A stretch of DNA of 64,000 nt. It comes from an uncultured Bacilli bacterium (GTDB taxonomy: Bacteria > Bacillota_I > Bacilli_A > RF39 > UBA660). Positions 1-9,405 of the stretch are shown piece after piece. The stretch lies in contig CAKPFD010000002.1 of NCBI GenBank assembly GCA_934149515.1, positions 98,209-162,208 on the forward strand. Reading direction: 5' to 3'. The translations under genes were made by a program, and so were the position numbers. Numbering within the stretch: the stretch's first letter is position 1; each line of letters begins with the position of its first letter. A model generated the notes under the pieces. It was not told the DNA's origin, made no database searches, and saw only the letters and a program-made list of their open reading frames with translations.

Positions 1-1
1 T

Positions 2-715
2 GGTGAAGTTTCAGAGTTGATAGTATCTAAAAATGCTAGAAGCAAGGGTATTGGTAAGCAACTTATGCAAAAAATTGAGGAATATTTAAAAAGTATAGGA
101 TGTGAATATATCTTTATTGATGTTTTTGCTTATAATAAAAATGCTATTAGATTTTATGAAAAAATTGGTTTTCATACAAGAGGTTTAATAGATGTAAAAA
201 AGATAAATAATGAAAGTAATTATAAATGTGTTATTGCAACAGAAGAATTATTAACTAAGAAATGGGATATAGAAATAAAAAAACATGATAATTCGGATAT
301 TTGGAAAAAATTTAAAGCGGAATCATTACATAATATTGATGATAGAATTGTTTATATGGGTATTCTTAATGATGAAATAATTACTGAAGCAACAGCAATC
401 ATTTCTGAAAATGATACAGATATGCAAAATAAAGAAGGATTGATAGGTGAAGGTAAAGCATATTTAACAGCCTTTAGAACAAATAAAGAATATGAAAATC
501 AAGGATATTTTTCAAAATTATATAAATTTATGGAAAATGATTTAAAAAAGAAAGGATTTAAGTCGTTAACACTGGGTGTTGAACCATGTGAGACAAGAAA
601 TATACAAATATATTTTAAATGGGGTTTTACAAAATACATAAAAACAGATTATGAATACTGTTCAAATAAAGAAAAAATACTTGTTAATTACTACCAAAAA
701 GATTTAATACAATAA
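2..715 (+). CDS. tandem GNAT-family N-acetyltransferase (5' end cut by window edge)
   Basis: ORF is open from nt 2. Two GNAT motif-A-like segments: 'SKNARSKGIGKQLM...FYEKIGF' and 'NKEYENQGYFSKLY...YFKWGF'. Confidence 0.7.
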   Translation, partial: GEVSELIVSKNARSKGIGKQLMQKIEEYLKSIGCEYIFIDVFAYNKNAIRFYEKIGFHTRGLIDVKKINNESNYKCVIATEELLTKKWDIEIKKHDNSDIWKKFKAESLHNIDDRIVYMGILNDEIITEATAIISENDTDMQNKEGLIGEGKAYLTAFRTNKEYENQGYFSKLYKFMENDLKKKGFKSLTLGVEPCETRNIQIYFKWGFTKYIKTDYEYCSNKEKILVNYYQKDLIQ

Positions 716-801
716 TTCATTGAATATATTATATTTCGGATAAAAAGCATTATATAAAATATTATGAGCTCAAAAAAGTTTAATATATGCCACAAAAAGT
801 A

Positions 802-830
802 TTGACAATAACGAATTAATATTATATAAT
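802..830 (+). promoter_or_regulatory. sigma-A-type promoter of the biosynthetic operon
   Basis: TTGACA (802-807), 17-nt spacer, TATAAT (825-830); perfect consensus. Confidence 0.6.
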
Positions 831-887
831 ATGAACCAAGTTTTGAGTTGTTTGCTCAAATTGGAGCTTTATATTATTAAAATCATT

Positions 888-932
888 AAGGGAGACGAAA
901 GGGCAGACACCTGCTTTTTGTCCCCCTTTTTT
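888..932 (+). terminator. intrinsic-terminator-like hairpin inside the operon leader (attenuator candidate)
   Basis: Long imperfect stem 'AAGGGAGACGAAAGGGCAG-ACAC-CTGCTTTTTGTCCCCCTT' followed by a T6 run. It sits between the promoter and the RBS GAGGTGA (947-953). Confidence 0.5.
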
Positions 933-957
933 GTATAAGAATGTGTGAGGTGATGTT

Positions 958-2256
958 GTGAGAAAAATAGCAGTTATAGGTTTAGGTTATGTTGGATTGA
1001 CCACAGCTCTTGTTTTTGCAAATACAGGCATGGAGGTAGTTTGTATTGATAAAAATGAAGATAAAGTTAAATTATTAAAAAAGAAAAAGATGCCTTTTTA
1101 TGAAAAAGAATGCGATAAACTACTTGAAAAAAATTTTAATAAATTATGTTTTACCTATGATTATAATGTGATTTCTGATGTTGAAATATTCTTTGTATGT
1201 GTTGGAACCCCTTTGAATTGTAAAAATTATTTAGATGTTTCAGAAATTATGAATGCTGTTCAGACTATAAAAAAACATGTTAAACATAACAAATCAATAA
1301 CTATATGTATACGTTCTACAGTTTTGCCTGGAACTTGTGATTTAATTAATAAAACATCAAATTTTTCTGTAGTTCATAATCCTGAATTTTTGTCGCAAGG
1401 TACAGCTATAGATGATTTTATTAATGCTAAAAGAATTGTTATTGGATCAGATGATAAAATGGCAATAAAGAAAATTCAAAATTTGTATAATAGATTTATA
1501 AAATATTATAATGTAGAGATTCCTGTAGTAACAATGGAAGCAAAAGATGCTGAAATGGTTAAATTTGTCGCAAATTCATATTTAGTAATGAGAATATCAT
1601 TTATTAATGAAATGAGCAACTTATGTGAAAATATTGGTGTAAATATTTCAAATGTTATTGATGGAGTTAAATATGATGAAAGAATTGGAGAAAAATATTT
1701 CAAAAATGGAATTGGTTATGGTGGCTCTTGTTTACCAAAAGATACAAATGCAATATTGAAATTTTCAAAGAGTAAAAATTCGATATTGAAACTAGTTAAA
1801 TCAACAATAGAAATAAATGATTTGCAATTAAAAAAATGTTTTAAGATTATAAAACGTGATTTTCCGAGATTGAAAAACATAAAAGTTGCTATCTTAGGAG
1901 TTACTTTTAAAGCCAATACTGATGATATTAGAAATTCATGTTCACTATATTTGACAAATGAATTGTTAAAACATAATGCTAAAATTAATGTGTATGATCC
2001 TAAAGGCATAAATTCATATAAGAAAATTTATGCCAATAAAGTATCGTATTATGATGAAATAGATAAGTGTATATCTGAATGTGATATTATCATAATTGCT
2101 GCAGAGTGGGATACAATTAAAAACTATGATTTTAATAAAATTAAGACAAATAAAACTGTTTATGTTTATGATTTTAAATCATGTATTGATACTAAAAATA
2201 AATTTAATTGTAATATTAAATATTGGTCATTAGGAGGAAATATCAATGGAAAATAA
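958..2256 (+). CDS. UDP-glucose/GDP-mannose 6-dehydrogenase family protein
   Basis: GTG start after a GAGGTGA RBS. N-terminal Rossmann motif 'KIAVIGLGYVGL' and catalytic-Cys motif 'GGSCLPKD'. Confidence 0.8.
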   Translation: MRKIAVIGLGYVGLTTALVFANTGMEVVCIDKNEDKVKLLKKKKMPFYEKECDKLLEKNFNKLCFTYDYNVISDVEIFFVCVGTPLNCKNYLDVSEIMNAVQTIKKHVKHNKSITICIRSTVLPGTCDLINKTSNFSVVHNPEFLSQGTAIDDFINAKRIVIGSDDKMAIKKIQNLYNRFIKYYNVEIPVVTMEAKDAEMVKFVANSYLVMRISFINEMSNLCENIGVNISNVIDGVKYDERIGEKYFKNGIGYGGSCLPKDTNAILKFSKSKNSILKLVKSTIEINDLQLKKCFKIIKRDFPRLKNIKVAILGVTFKANTDDIRNSCSLYLTNELLKHNAKINVYDPKGINSYKKIYANKVSYYDEIDKCISECDIIIIAAEWDTIKNYDFNKIKTNKTVYVYDFKSCIDTKNKFNCNIKYWSLGGNINGK

Positions 2257-3178
2257 AATAGTAAATGCTGGAATTAGATTAACAAGGCAATGTAACATGA
2301 AATGTATGTATTGTAATATTCAAAATACTATACGTAAGGATCTAACATTAAATGAATGGAAAAAGGCTGTGGATATTATTAAAAGTTTGGGAGCTAAAGA
2401 AATAGTTATATTAGGTGGAGAACCAACTCTATATCCTTATATACTTGAACTTGTTGAGTATATATCTAAACATGCAAAACTCACTTGTAATCTAACTACT
2501 AATGCTTTTGACAATTTTGATTTAGTAAAACAATTATTAGAAAATGGGCTAAATTCATTAGGAGTGAGTATTGATAATTTAGAATTTAAAAATTCCATAA
2601 GCCCATTAAAAGCAAAAAATGGGTTAAATCTGATTGAATACTTAATCTGTAATTCTGTTAATCCTAATATAACAAATTATACAGTTTTAAATAAGAAAAA
2701 TGTGGATTCAATAGTAGATTTGATAAAGTATATGGATGAAAAGGGTGTTTCTACATACATTTTACCATTTCACTGGGGAAATGAGGGAACATTCGATCAT
2801 AGAAAAAACAATGAAAAATTTGCTTTTGTAACTGATGAAGATATAATAAAATATATGACCGCAATAGATAAAATTATAGATATGAAAAAAACTGGCTTTA
2901 AAATTAAAAATTCCATAGAGTTTTTAGAAAACTCAAAAAAACATATTAAAAACTTGGATTGGAAATGTAATGGTTTATCCGAATTAAGAATTGATTCCGA
3001 TGGAAAACTTGTATGTTGCTGTGATAAAATCGGTAATGTAAATAAAGAATTTACAATATTCGATTTAACAGATAGATTAGATGAATTTTATTTGGAAAGA
3101 GCAAAGGATGCTGAAAATTGTAATGGTTGTTTATGGCCAAGTTCTTTTGAGGCAGAATTGAAAAGAGGGAGAAATTAA
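2246..3178 (+). CDS. radical SAM enzyme with C-terminal SPASM/twitch-like Cys cluster
   Basis: CxxxCxxC 'CNMKCMYC' near the N-terminus and a 'GGEPTL' SAM-binding motif. C-terminal 'CNGLSELRIDSDGKLVCCC ... CNGC'. Overlaps the upstream gene by 11 nt. Confidence 0.8.
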   Translation: MENKIVNAGIRLTRQCNMKCMYCNIQNTIRKDLTLNEWKKAVDIIKSLGAKEIVILGGEPTLYPYILELVEYISKHAKLTCNLTTNAFDNFDLVKQLLENGLNSLGVSIDNLEFKNSISPLKAKNGLNLIEYLICNSVNPNITNYTVLNKKNVDSIVDLIKYMDEKGVSTYILPFHWGNEGTFDHRKNNEKFAFVTDEDIIKYMTAIDKIIDMKKTGFKIKNSIEFLENSKKHIKNLDWKCNGLSELRIDSDGKLVCCCDKIGNVNKEFTIFDLTDRLDEFYLERAKDAENCNGCLWPSSFEAELKRGRN

Positions 3179-3180
3179 AT

Positions 3181-3864
3181 ATGGAAGATATGCACATTCA
3201 TTTAAAAGAAGCAATATATAACCAAGAATTATTTGATATATATGTAGAGAAATGTATTACTTGTGGTATAAAAAAGGCTGTTTTTCTAGATCATGGTAAT
3301 AGAATTTCTAATAAACATAAGCCAGTTCTTTCCACAAAAGAAGCAATAGATCAGTTAGATAAAAAGGTTTCTGAATTTAGAAAAAGTGATTTAGCTAGTA
3401 AGATAGAAATATTAAAGGGTATTGAAATAGATTATTCGGATGATTTAAATTTTAGAAATGAAACATTTGATATACTAAATTATGGAAAATTTGATTGGAT
3501 TGTTGGTGCTATTCATAGTATGAGTTTTGATGATTATGGAAATTATTTAAGAGCAATAATTGATATGCTAAACAGTTATGACATAAATGTAATAGCACAT
3601 ATTAAAAAAACTGGTCAATATAACATGTATGATGATTTATTTGGAGAGATTTTAGACATATGTAATAAAAAGAACGTTTTGATCGAAATAAATACAAGTG
3701 ACAGGTCAAGATGGGATGATGACCAACTTTATTACATGTTAGAAATAATGAAAAAGTATAATGTAAACTATGTCTTTTCATCAGATGCACATAAGTTTGA
3801 AGAAATAGGATATATGATTAAAGAAACAGAGGAAAAGGTGAAAAGATGGCAAAGGACAAGATAA
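3181..3864 (+). CDS. PHP-domain (HisJ-type) phosphoesterase
   Basis: N-terminal 'DMHIH' and C-terminal 'SSDAH' metal-binding motifs, typical of histidinol-phosphatase-family PHP proteins. Confidence 0.65.
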   Translation: MEDMHIHLKEAIYNQELFDIYVEKCITCGIKKAVFLDHGNRISNKHKPVLSTKEAIDQLDKKVSEFRKSDLASKIEILKGIEIDYSDDLNFRNETFDILNYGKFDWIVGAIHSMSFDDYGNYLRAIIDMLNSYDINVIAHIKKTGQYNMYDDLFGEILDICNKKNVLIEINTSDRSRWDDDQLYYMLEIMKKYNVNYVFSSDAHKFEEIGYMIKETEEKVKRWQRTR

Positions 3865-4868
3865 AAGTTTGGATATTACATGCTGGTATAGAACATCCTA
3901 GCCCATATTTTTATAATTTTTGTTTTGAATTAAATACTTATGAAAATTATGAATATATTGTCAATCCAGAATTACCTTTGAAAGAGAAAATAGATAAAGG
4001 TATTATTTATTTTAATAGATTAAAAAGGTTTTATAATAATGATAATATTGAAACTGCTAATGAGTTTTTAAACAATATTGATTATTTGAAACAAAAAGGA
4101 TGGAAAATTGTATGGACGCTTCATAATTTTTTTCCAATAGATAGAAAAATAAACTATGTGGATGAATATGTAACAAGTGAATTTATAAAAAAATGTGATT
4201 TAGTATTTACTTTATCTGAATATATGAAAAAAAGTATAAAAGAACATTTTGATATTAATGCAATAAATCATGGTATAGGCATAAACAAATTGAATAATAA
4301 TTGTATAAATCCAAAAATAAAAGAGATAAAAAAGAGCAACGAATTTACATTTACTTTTATAGGTAATATATATAAATATAAAATGCTTGATCAAGTAATA
4401 AAGTCTTTTGATAAAATGAAAGATTGTCGTTTAATTATTGCAGGAAGAGAAGCAAAAAATGCTAATGTAAACATTAACTATTTGATAGGTAATAATAAGA
4501 ATATAATATATATAAATGCTTTTGTTGATGAGAATGACTGGAAAAAATTAGCAAAGGTTACTGATGCATTTGTAAGTCTTTATGATTTGAGATTTCCAGC
4601 ATTTAAATATGGATTTTTTCCTTCAAATTATATTAATATAGCTAAAACTGGGATTAGATGTATTTCACCAAAAAGCGACATAATTGAAGAGATAATTAGT
4701 AAAGAACAATTAATAACTTATGATTTTGATGATAAAAATGGTTTATATAACGCAATGTTAAAAGCTAAGTCATCAGTATCCAACAAAGTCAAAGTTGATC
4801 AAAAATATAATTATAGTTGGAAAGAAACTGTTGATAAGTTTGTAAATAGTTGTAATAAATTATTTTAG
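3846..4868 (+). CDS. hypothetical protein, possible GT-B-type glycosyltransferase
   Basis: 340-aa ORF overlapping the upstream gene by 19 nt. Only weak resemblance to group-1 glycosyltransferases ('WTLHNFFP', 'FIGNIYKYK'). The function is uncertain. Confidence 0.35.
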   Translation: MAKDKIKVWILHAGIEHPSPYFYNFCFELNTYENYEYIVNPELPLKEKIDKGIIYFNRLKRFYNNDNIETANEFLNNIDYLKQKGWKIVWTLHNFFPIDRKINYVDEYVTSEFIKKCDLVFTLSEYMKKSIKEHFDINAINHGIGINKLNNNCINPKIKEIKKSNEFTFTFIGNIYKYKMLDQVIKSFDKMKDCRLIIAGREAKNANVNINYLIGNNKNIIYINAFVDENDWKKLAKVTDAFVSLYDLRFPAFKYGFFPSNYINIAKTGIRCISPKSDIIEEIISKEQLITYDFDDKNGLYNAMLKAKSSVSNKVKVDQKYNYSWKETVDKFVNSCNKLF

Positions 4869-4887
4869 ATAATCAGTGGTGATATTA

Positions 4888-5901
4888 ATGAAGAAAAATA
4901 TATTGTTAAGTATTATTGTCAATACATTCAATTGTGAAAATTATTTGAAACAATGTTTAAAAAGTATAAAAGAACAGTTATCTGTAGAATCAGAACTAAT
5001 AGTTATCGATGATAGTTCCACTGATAATACTTTCAAAATAATTGAAAGTGAACTTTGCGACTTATCAAATTGTTCATACTATTCTATTGAACATTCTGGT
5101 ATATCAAATTCAAGAAATTTTGGAATAAGCAAAGCAAAGGGAACTTATATTATGTTTGTGGATGGTGATGATTATATAATAGAAAATTCTTTAAATAAAA
5201 TAATAGAGTATCTAAAATCGAGTGAGTTTGATCTAACTTTATTTAATACTGTCAAATACTTTGATAGTAAAAATTATTTTGAAATAGAAAAATTTTCTCT
5301 ACAAGATGGGCAATGTTTATCCGAACAAGATTTAATTAATAACAAAATATGTGCTAGACCATGGAGATTTATTTATAGAAGAGATGTGTTAAAAAATAAT
5401 TATATTCTTTTCCCAAAAGACCTGGTTTATGAGGATGAAGAATGGGTGCCAAAAGTTATTTATTACTCTAAATGTTTAAACTTCTTGGATGAGTATGTAT
5501 ATGTTTATAGAAAAAGAAAAGGTTCAATCACTGATGATAAAGATATTATATACACAATGAATTTAGCATCAGTGATTGAAAGAACATACAATTGGAGCTT
5601 AAATCGCACTCATAAAAAAGAATATATATATTTTTCTTTATCGCGTTGTATAAGAAACGTATTAGGTGCATTAAATGATTTTGAATCACCAGAAGATAAA
5701 AAAATTATATTAGATTGGTATGAAAAAAATAGAAATATGATAATGGATATTTTAGAATATAATAAAAAATTAAAATATTCTATTAATATGTTTGGACCAA
5801 ATGATGGCATAAAGTTTTATAAAAAAGTATTTAGGGAAAAATATTCTATCACTAAAGAAAAAGTGTTAGATATCAAAAACATTACACATACTGGGAGGTA
5901 A
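4888..5901 (+). CDS. family 2 glycosyltransferase
   Basis: 'LSIIVNTFNCENYL', 'VIDDSSTDNT' and 'FVDGDDY' (DxD) motifs. ATG 4888 is preferred over the upstream GTG 4876 of the ORF track. Confidence 0.8.
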   Translation: MKKNILLSIIVNTFNCENYLKQCLKSIKEQLSVESELIVIDDSSTDNTFKIIESELCDLSNCSYYSIEHSGISNSRNFGISKAKGTYIMFVDGDDYIIENSLNKIIEYLKSSEFDLTLFNTVKYFDSKNYFEIEKFSLQDGQCLSEQDLINNKICARPWRFIYRRDVLKNNYILFPKDLVYEDEEWVPKVIYYSKCLNFLDEYVYVYRKRKGSITDDKDIIYTMNLASVIERTYNWSLNRTHKKEYIYFSLSRCIRNVLGALNDFESPEDKKIILDWYEKNRNMIMDILEYNKKLKYSINMFGPNDGIKFYKKVFREKYSITKEKVLDIKNITHTGR

Positions 5902-5903
5902 AA

Positions 5904-6902
5904 ATGAAAGACATTATAATAGTGGGGAGTGGTAAAGCAGCATTATTGCATTATAATTCTTATAAAAAATTAAAAAATAAAGTAAAAGTATATTTTACCG
6001 ATATAAAAAATTGTAGTAATTATATCCCAAATAATAAATTATATTCTACGATACAAGAATGTATAAAATCCAATGATTTAAAAATCAATAATTTGATAGT
6101 GGATATATGTACACCTAAAAGTGAATTTTTAACAATTATAGAGAATTGTAAAAGTTTAGGAATAAAAGATGTATTGGTTGAAAAACCTTTTGTAATTGAT
6201 AATAAAACATTGATGAAATTAGATAATATGAATATAGTAATGGTTGAAAATTACTTATTTTCTAAACTCACCCAGATGATAAAAAAATATTTAGATGAAA
6301 ACAATAAAAAAGTTGATTTAATATATACTAATTTTTCAAAAAATAGAATTTCTGAAAGTATAGCTGGAAGAGGTTATAATACTGAAGTAACACTAAACTA
6401 TGAAATTGAAATTCCTCATCAAATATATTTAACACAATATTTTTTAAATAATCCTAATAGTATTCAAAATGATATTACTTGTTCAAGAGATTTAAAAATA
6501 GGTGATGTATCGTTAGAAAATCATGGATATGGATTAATAATATCTAGGTATAATGATATAGATATTATATATGAAAGTAATCTGACATCAGTTATTACTC
6601 AAAAAAGAATTATTATACGTACTAAAGATGGTTACACAATTGAAGGAAATTATGCGATATACTCAAAAGACTTGAAATTAATAAAACCAGCAAATATGAG
6701 TATCTATTATAATGGCAAAATTATGTATAGCGAATTTATAGAAGAAGATGATAACTTTACATATTTTATTGATGCTGCTTATTCATATTTTAATAAAGAA
6801 GCAAATAATCCTGATTTAGTTGATATAAGTACGTTTTCTAATATTATGAATTTATATTGCGATAATTTATTGGGAAGAAAAAATACAAAAACAAGTAGGT
6901 GA
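5904..6902 (+). CDS. Gfo/Idh/MocA-like NAD(P)-dependent oxidoreductase
   Basis: N-terminal 'IIIVGSGKAA' Rossmann motif and 'VEKPF' signature. Confidence 0.6.
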   Translation: MKDIIIVGSGKAALLHYNSYKKLKNKVKVYFTDIKNCSNYIPNNKLYSTIQECIKSNDLKINNLIVDICTPKSEFLTIIENCKSLGIKDVLVEKPFVIDNKTLMKLDNMNIVMVENYLFSKLTQMIKKYLDENNKKVDLIYTNFSKNRISESIAGRGYNTEVTLNYEIEIPHQIYLTQYFLNNPNSIQNDITCSRDLKIGDVSLENHGYGLIISRYNDIDIIYESNLTSVITQKRIIIRTKDGYTIEGNYAIYSKDLKLIKPANMSIYYNGKIMYSEFIEEDDNFTYFIDAAYSYFNKEANNPDLVDISTFSNIMNLYCDNLLGRKNTKTSR

Positions 6903-7882
6903 TTAAAGTAATGTTGAATGTTATTAACATTGGAGACTTAATAAATTTAAAAATTTATGCTCCATCAGAAACATTAACTGATATATCAAAAAGATTTGCA
7001 AATATCAAGAAAAGTGATTATTATGATTTTGAAATTTATTATAGGAATTTTGTTGATTTTTCTGAAATAAAGGAAGGGACTAAAGTTTTACCATTTCGAA
7101 ACGCAATGTATATTGTTAATCAAATCGATGAAAAGGTTATTGCTTATTCTCCTAAACAAAAGTATTCGTGCGAAAATCTAGTGATAAGAGAAAAAAATAA
7201 AATAGATATATTATGTCGGGATGATCATGATAGTAAAATTTTGATTAGACTTATAACCGAATTATTAATTAGAAAGTTGTTAGAAAAAAAATTTTTTCCT
7301 ATTCATGCTTCTTGTATAATGAAAGATGATGAAGCCATATTGTTTTTTGGCGGTAAAAACAGCGGAAAATCTACTGCACTATTTACTCACATTCTTTTGA
7401 ATGATGCTTATCCAATATCAAATGATATAACATTTGTTGGCAAAGAAAATGGTAAATGGCAAGCCTTTGGATTGCCATATGATATCACATTTGATAAAGA
7501 TATATTTTATCAATTAGAAAGTAAAAAGATTAATTTAGACACATTCATTAAGGCTCCAAAATATGAAAGTAACAAAATTAGATTTGATGTTTCAGAATTT
7601 TCTGATGCTTTTGGGACAAATTGGATTTGGCATGCCCCTATATCAACAATTAACTTTGTTAATTTAAACAAAGAAAATGTTTTTTCTGAGGTTTCGAATA
7701 TTTCACTTGAAGATAGTATTCTAGAATTAGATAAATATGGAAAAGATAAAAACTTTTCCTTCGGAGATTATTTAAAACTCAACAATTTATATCCGACGTT
7801 TGAATATGAAAATCTATCCAAAGAGGTTCGTTTTAATAAATTAGAAGGGAATATACTAAAACACTATTTGAGGAGGAAGTAG
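6899..7882 (+). CDS. HprK-related P-loop kinase-like protein (paralog 1)
   Basis: 'PIHASCIMKDDEAILFFGGKNSGKSTALF...PISNDITFV' follows the HPr-kinase C-domain pattern (H-A-S, Walker A, downstream acidic motif). GTGA start/stop overlap with the upstream gene. Confidence 0.55.
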   Translation: MIKVMLNVINIGDLINLKIYAPSETLTDISKRFANIKKSDYYDFEIYYRNFVDFSEIKEGTKVLPFRNAMYIVNQIDEKVIAYSPKQKYSCENLVIREKNKIDILCRDDHDSKILIRLITELLIRKLLEKKFFPIHASCIMKDDEAILFFGGKNSGKSTALFTHILLNDAYPISNDITFVGKENGKWQAFGLPYDITFDKDIFYQLESKKINLDTFIKAPKYESNKIRFDVSEFSDAFGTNWIWHAPISTINFVNLNKENVFSEVSNISLEDSILELDKYGKDKNFSFGDYLKLNNLYPTFEYENLSKEVRFNKLEGNILKHYLRRK

Positions 7883-7884
7883 AA

Positions 7885-8667
7885 ATGCAAAAAGTATCTA
7901 TAGAATATAGCATAGTTAGTCGTGGTACTGAAAAATATAATAATTGTGGTTATATGGCCATTAGTAAAATATACAATTTAAGCAGATATATATTAAATGT
8001 TGATCATAATATAAAAGATACAAATTTAAATAAAAATTGTTTAATAGCCAAGTCTTGCTATGATATAGAGAATATCGTTTTTTCTAGATTCCAATTAATA
8101 ACAGCTTTAACTTTTGAAAGAATCAGATATAGAATTAATGATAATGTTTTAATATTAGGATTAGGAAATATTGGTATAAGTTGCTTATTCTATTTATTAG
8201 ATAATAATTTTAAAAATATCACCATTTATGTAAGAAATAAAAATGATAAGATACTTAATTTATTAAAATTAGTAAAGTTGAAATATAACGTGGATATAAA
8301 AATAATTTCTAAATTTAATTATAAATATGATACTTATATTGATACTACTGGTGATTCAATTGTTTTAAGTAATGTATTTAATAATTCTGATTTTAATAGC
8401 ACAATAATTATATTAAGTACCCCAAGAGATGAAAAATACTTAATATCTCCATTAATGATTAATCGTAAAAACTTAACAGTAATTGGTGGCCATGAATTAA
8501 ATGGAATAAATGTTAATCATAGGCAATATATTTTTGAAAAGGTTCTAGAAGTTAATAAAACTAAAAGATTTTTAAAAGAGTTTATTAATGAATATAATTA
8601 TTCAGAAGAAAAATTGAAAAGTATAAAACGACAAAAATCAAATTTTATTGAGATATTTAAATATTAA
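7885..8667 (+). CDS. NAD(P)-binding dehydrogenase-like protein
   Basis: 'VLILGLGNIGISC' dinucleotide-binding motif. It resembles the cofactor domain of MDR/alcohol dehydrogenases. The function is uncertain. Confidence 0.4.
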   Translation: MQKVSIEYSIVSRGTEKYNNCGYMAISKIYNLSRYILNVDHNIKDTNLNKNCLIAKSCYDIENIVFSRFQLITALTFERIRYRINDNVLILGLGNIGISCLFYLLDNNFKNITIYVRNKNDKILNLLKLVKLKYNVDIKIISKFNYKYDTYIDTTGDSIVLSNVFNNSDFNSTIIILSTPRDEKYLISPLMINRKNLTVIGGHELNGINVNHRQYIFEKVLEVNKTKRFLKEFINEYNYSEEKLKSIKRQKSNFIEIFKY

Positions 8668-8685
8668 TGCAAATGAGGTGGTATT

Positions 8686-9405
8686 ATGAGTGCTTTAATT
8701 GTTTCGGATTATGACGGAACATTAAAAAAAGATGAAAATATAGAAGAATTGAAAAAGAATCTAAAAATATTGAGATCGTTTTTAACTGATGATATTAATA
8801 TTATGGTTTCTACTGGAAGATTGTATAAATCCATAAGATCAGAAGCAGATAAATTTGAAATTCCATTTAATTATATGTCTTGTGCAAACGGAAATATTTT
8901 GTTTGATAAAAATTTTCAAATAATCTTTAAGACAAATATCAGTTCAAAAATAATAAATGATTTACAACCATATTACAGTCAAATACTTGGAATTGAACCA
9001 TTAGATGAGTATGGCATAATAACACCTAATAATCCTACTGAATATTTAATCCATCTAGTTGAAGAACAGAAAGTTAGAAAGCAAATAGTAAAATTGCTTT
9101 TATCATCTCCTGATGTTGATTATTGTACTGATGGTAGTAATAGATATGCTATTCATATATTTACATTATCAAATAAAATAAAAACTATTGAAATTGTAAG
9201 AGACAAATTAAACTTATCTCAATCAGAAATATATACAATAGGAGATGGACCAAATGATAAAGATATGATAAAAAAATATAATGGATTAATTGTTGGCAAT
9301 TTATTTGATGAGGATAAAAATTTGAGTAATTTTCCTAAATACGAAACATTTTATTCGTGTGCGGAAGAATTACAACAAACTTTGAAAAGAGGGAGAAGAA
9401 AGTGA
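8686..9405 (+). CDS. HAD-IIB (Cof-type) phosphatase
   Basis: Motif I 'VSDYDGTL' and motif IV 'GDGPNDKDM'. Confidence 0.75.
   Translation: MSALIVSDYDGTLKKDENIEELKKNLKILRSFLTDDINIMVSTGRLYKSIRSEADKFEIPFNYMSCANGNILFDKNFQIIFKTNISSKIINDLQPYYSQILGIEPLDEYGIITPNNPTEYLIHLVEEQKVRKQIVKLLLSSPDVDYCTDGSNRYAIHIFTLSNKIKTIEIVRDKLNLSQSEIYTIGDGPNDKDMIKKYNGLIVGNLFDEDKNLSNFPKYETFYSCAEELQQTLKRGRRK

Noticed and set aside
831-938. 35-codon ORF ('MNQVLSCLLKLELYIIKIIKGDERADTCFLSPFFV*') directly upstream of the rSAM/HprK-like cluster, considered as a possible RiPP precursor peptide.
   Set aside because: Its ATG abuts the -10 hexamer (825-830), so it would lie upstream of the predicted transcription start. It has no Shine-Dalgarno sequence. 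Its 3' half is simply the translation of the leader terminator hairpin and T run.
1506-2009. Numerous 60-150-aa antisense or alternative-frame ORFs inside long genes, for example 1506-1703(-), 1716-2009(-), 17620-17931(+), 32791-33132(-), 53469-53933(-) and 54795-55154(-).
   Set aside because: They are fully nested in well-supported genes, lack ribosome-binding sites, and have the skewed composition typical of the opposite strand of AT-rich coding sequence.
2246-3178. The radical SAM enzyme as a prokaryotic viperin (its 'LTRQCNMKCMYC' resembles viperin 'FTRQCNYKCGFC'). With the kinases, this would suggest an antiviral nucleotide-analogue system.
   Set aside because: The CxxxCxxC context is generic to many rSAM families. 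The protein has a C-terminal multi-Cys SPASM/twitch-like region that viperins lack, and its neighbours are sugar-metabolism enzymes. It was kept only as a thought; an HMM or structure search would settle it.
9357-9401. Upstream-extended ORF starts in the supplied track: 9357, 45009, 51498, 40742, 43336, 25898, 30208, 62916 and 4876.
   Set aside because: In each case a downstream in-frame ATG or GTG has a properly spaced Shine-Dalgarno sequence. The extension overlaps the preceding gene, a terminator or a non-coding leader.
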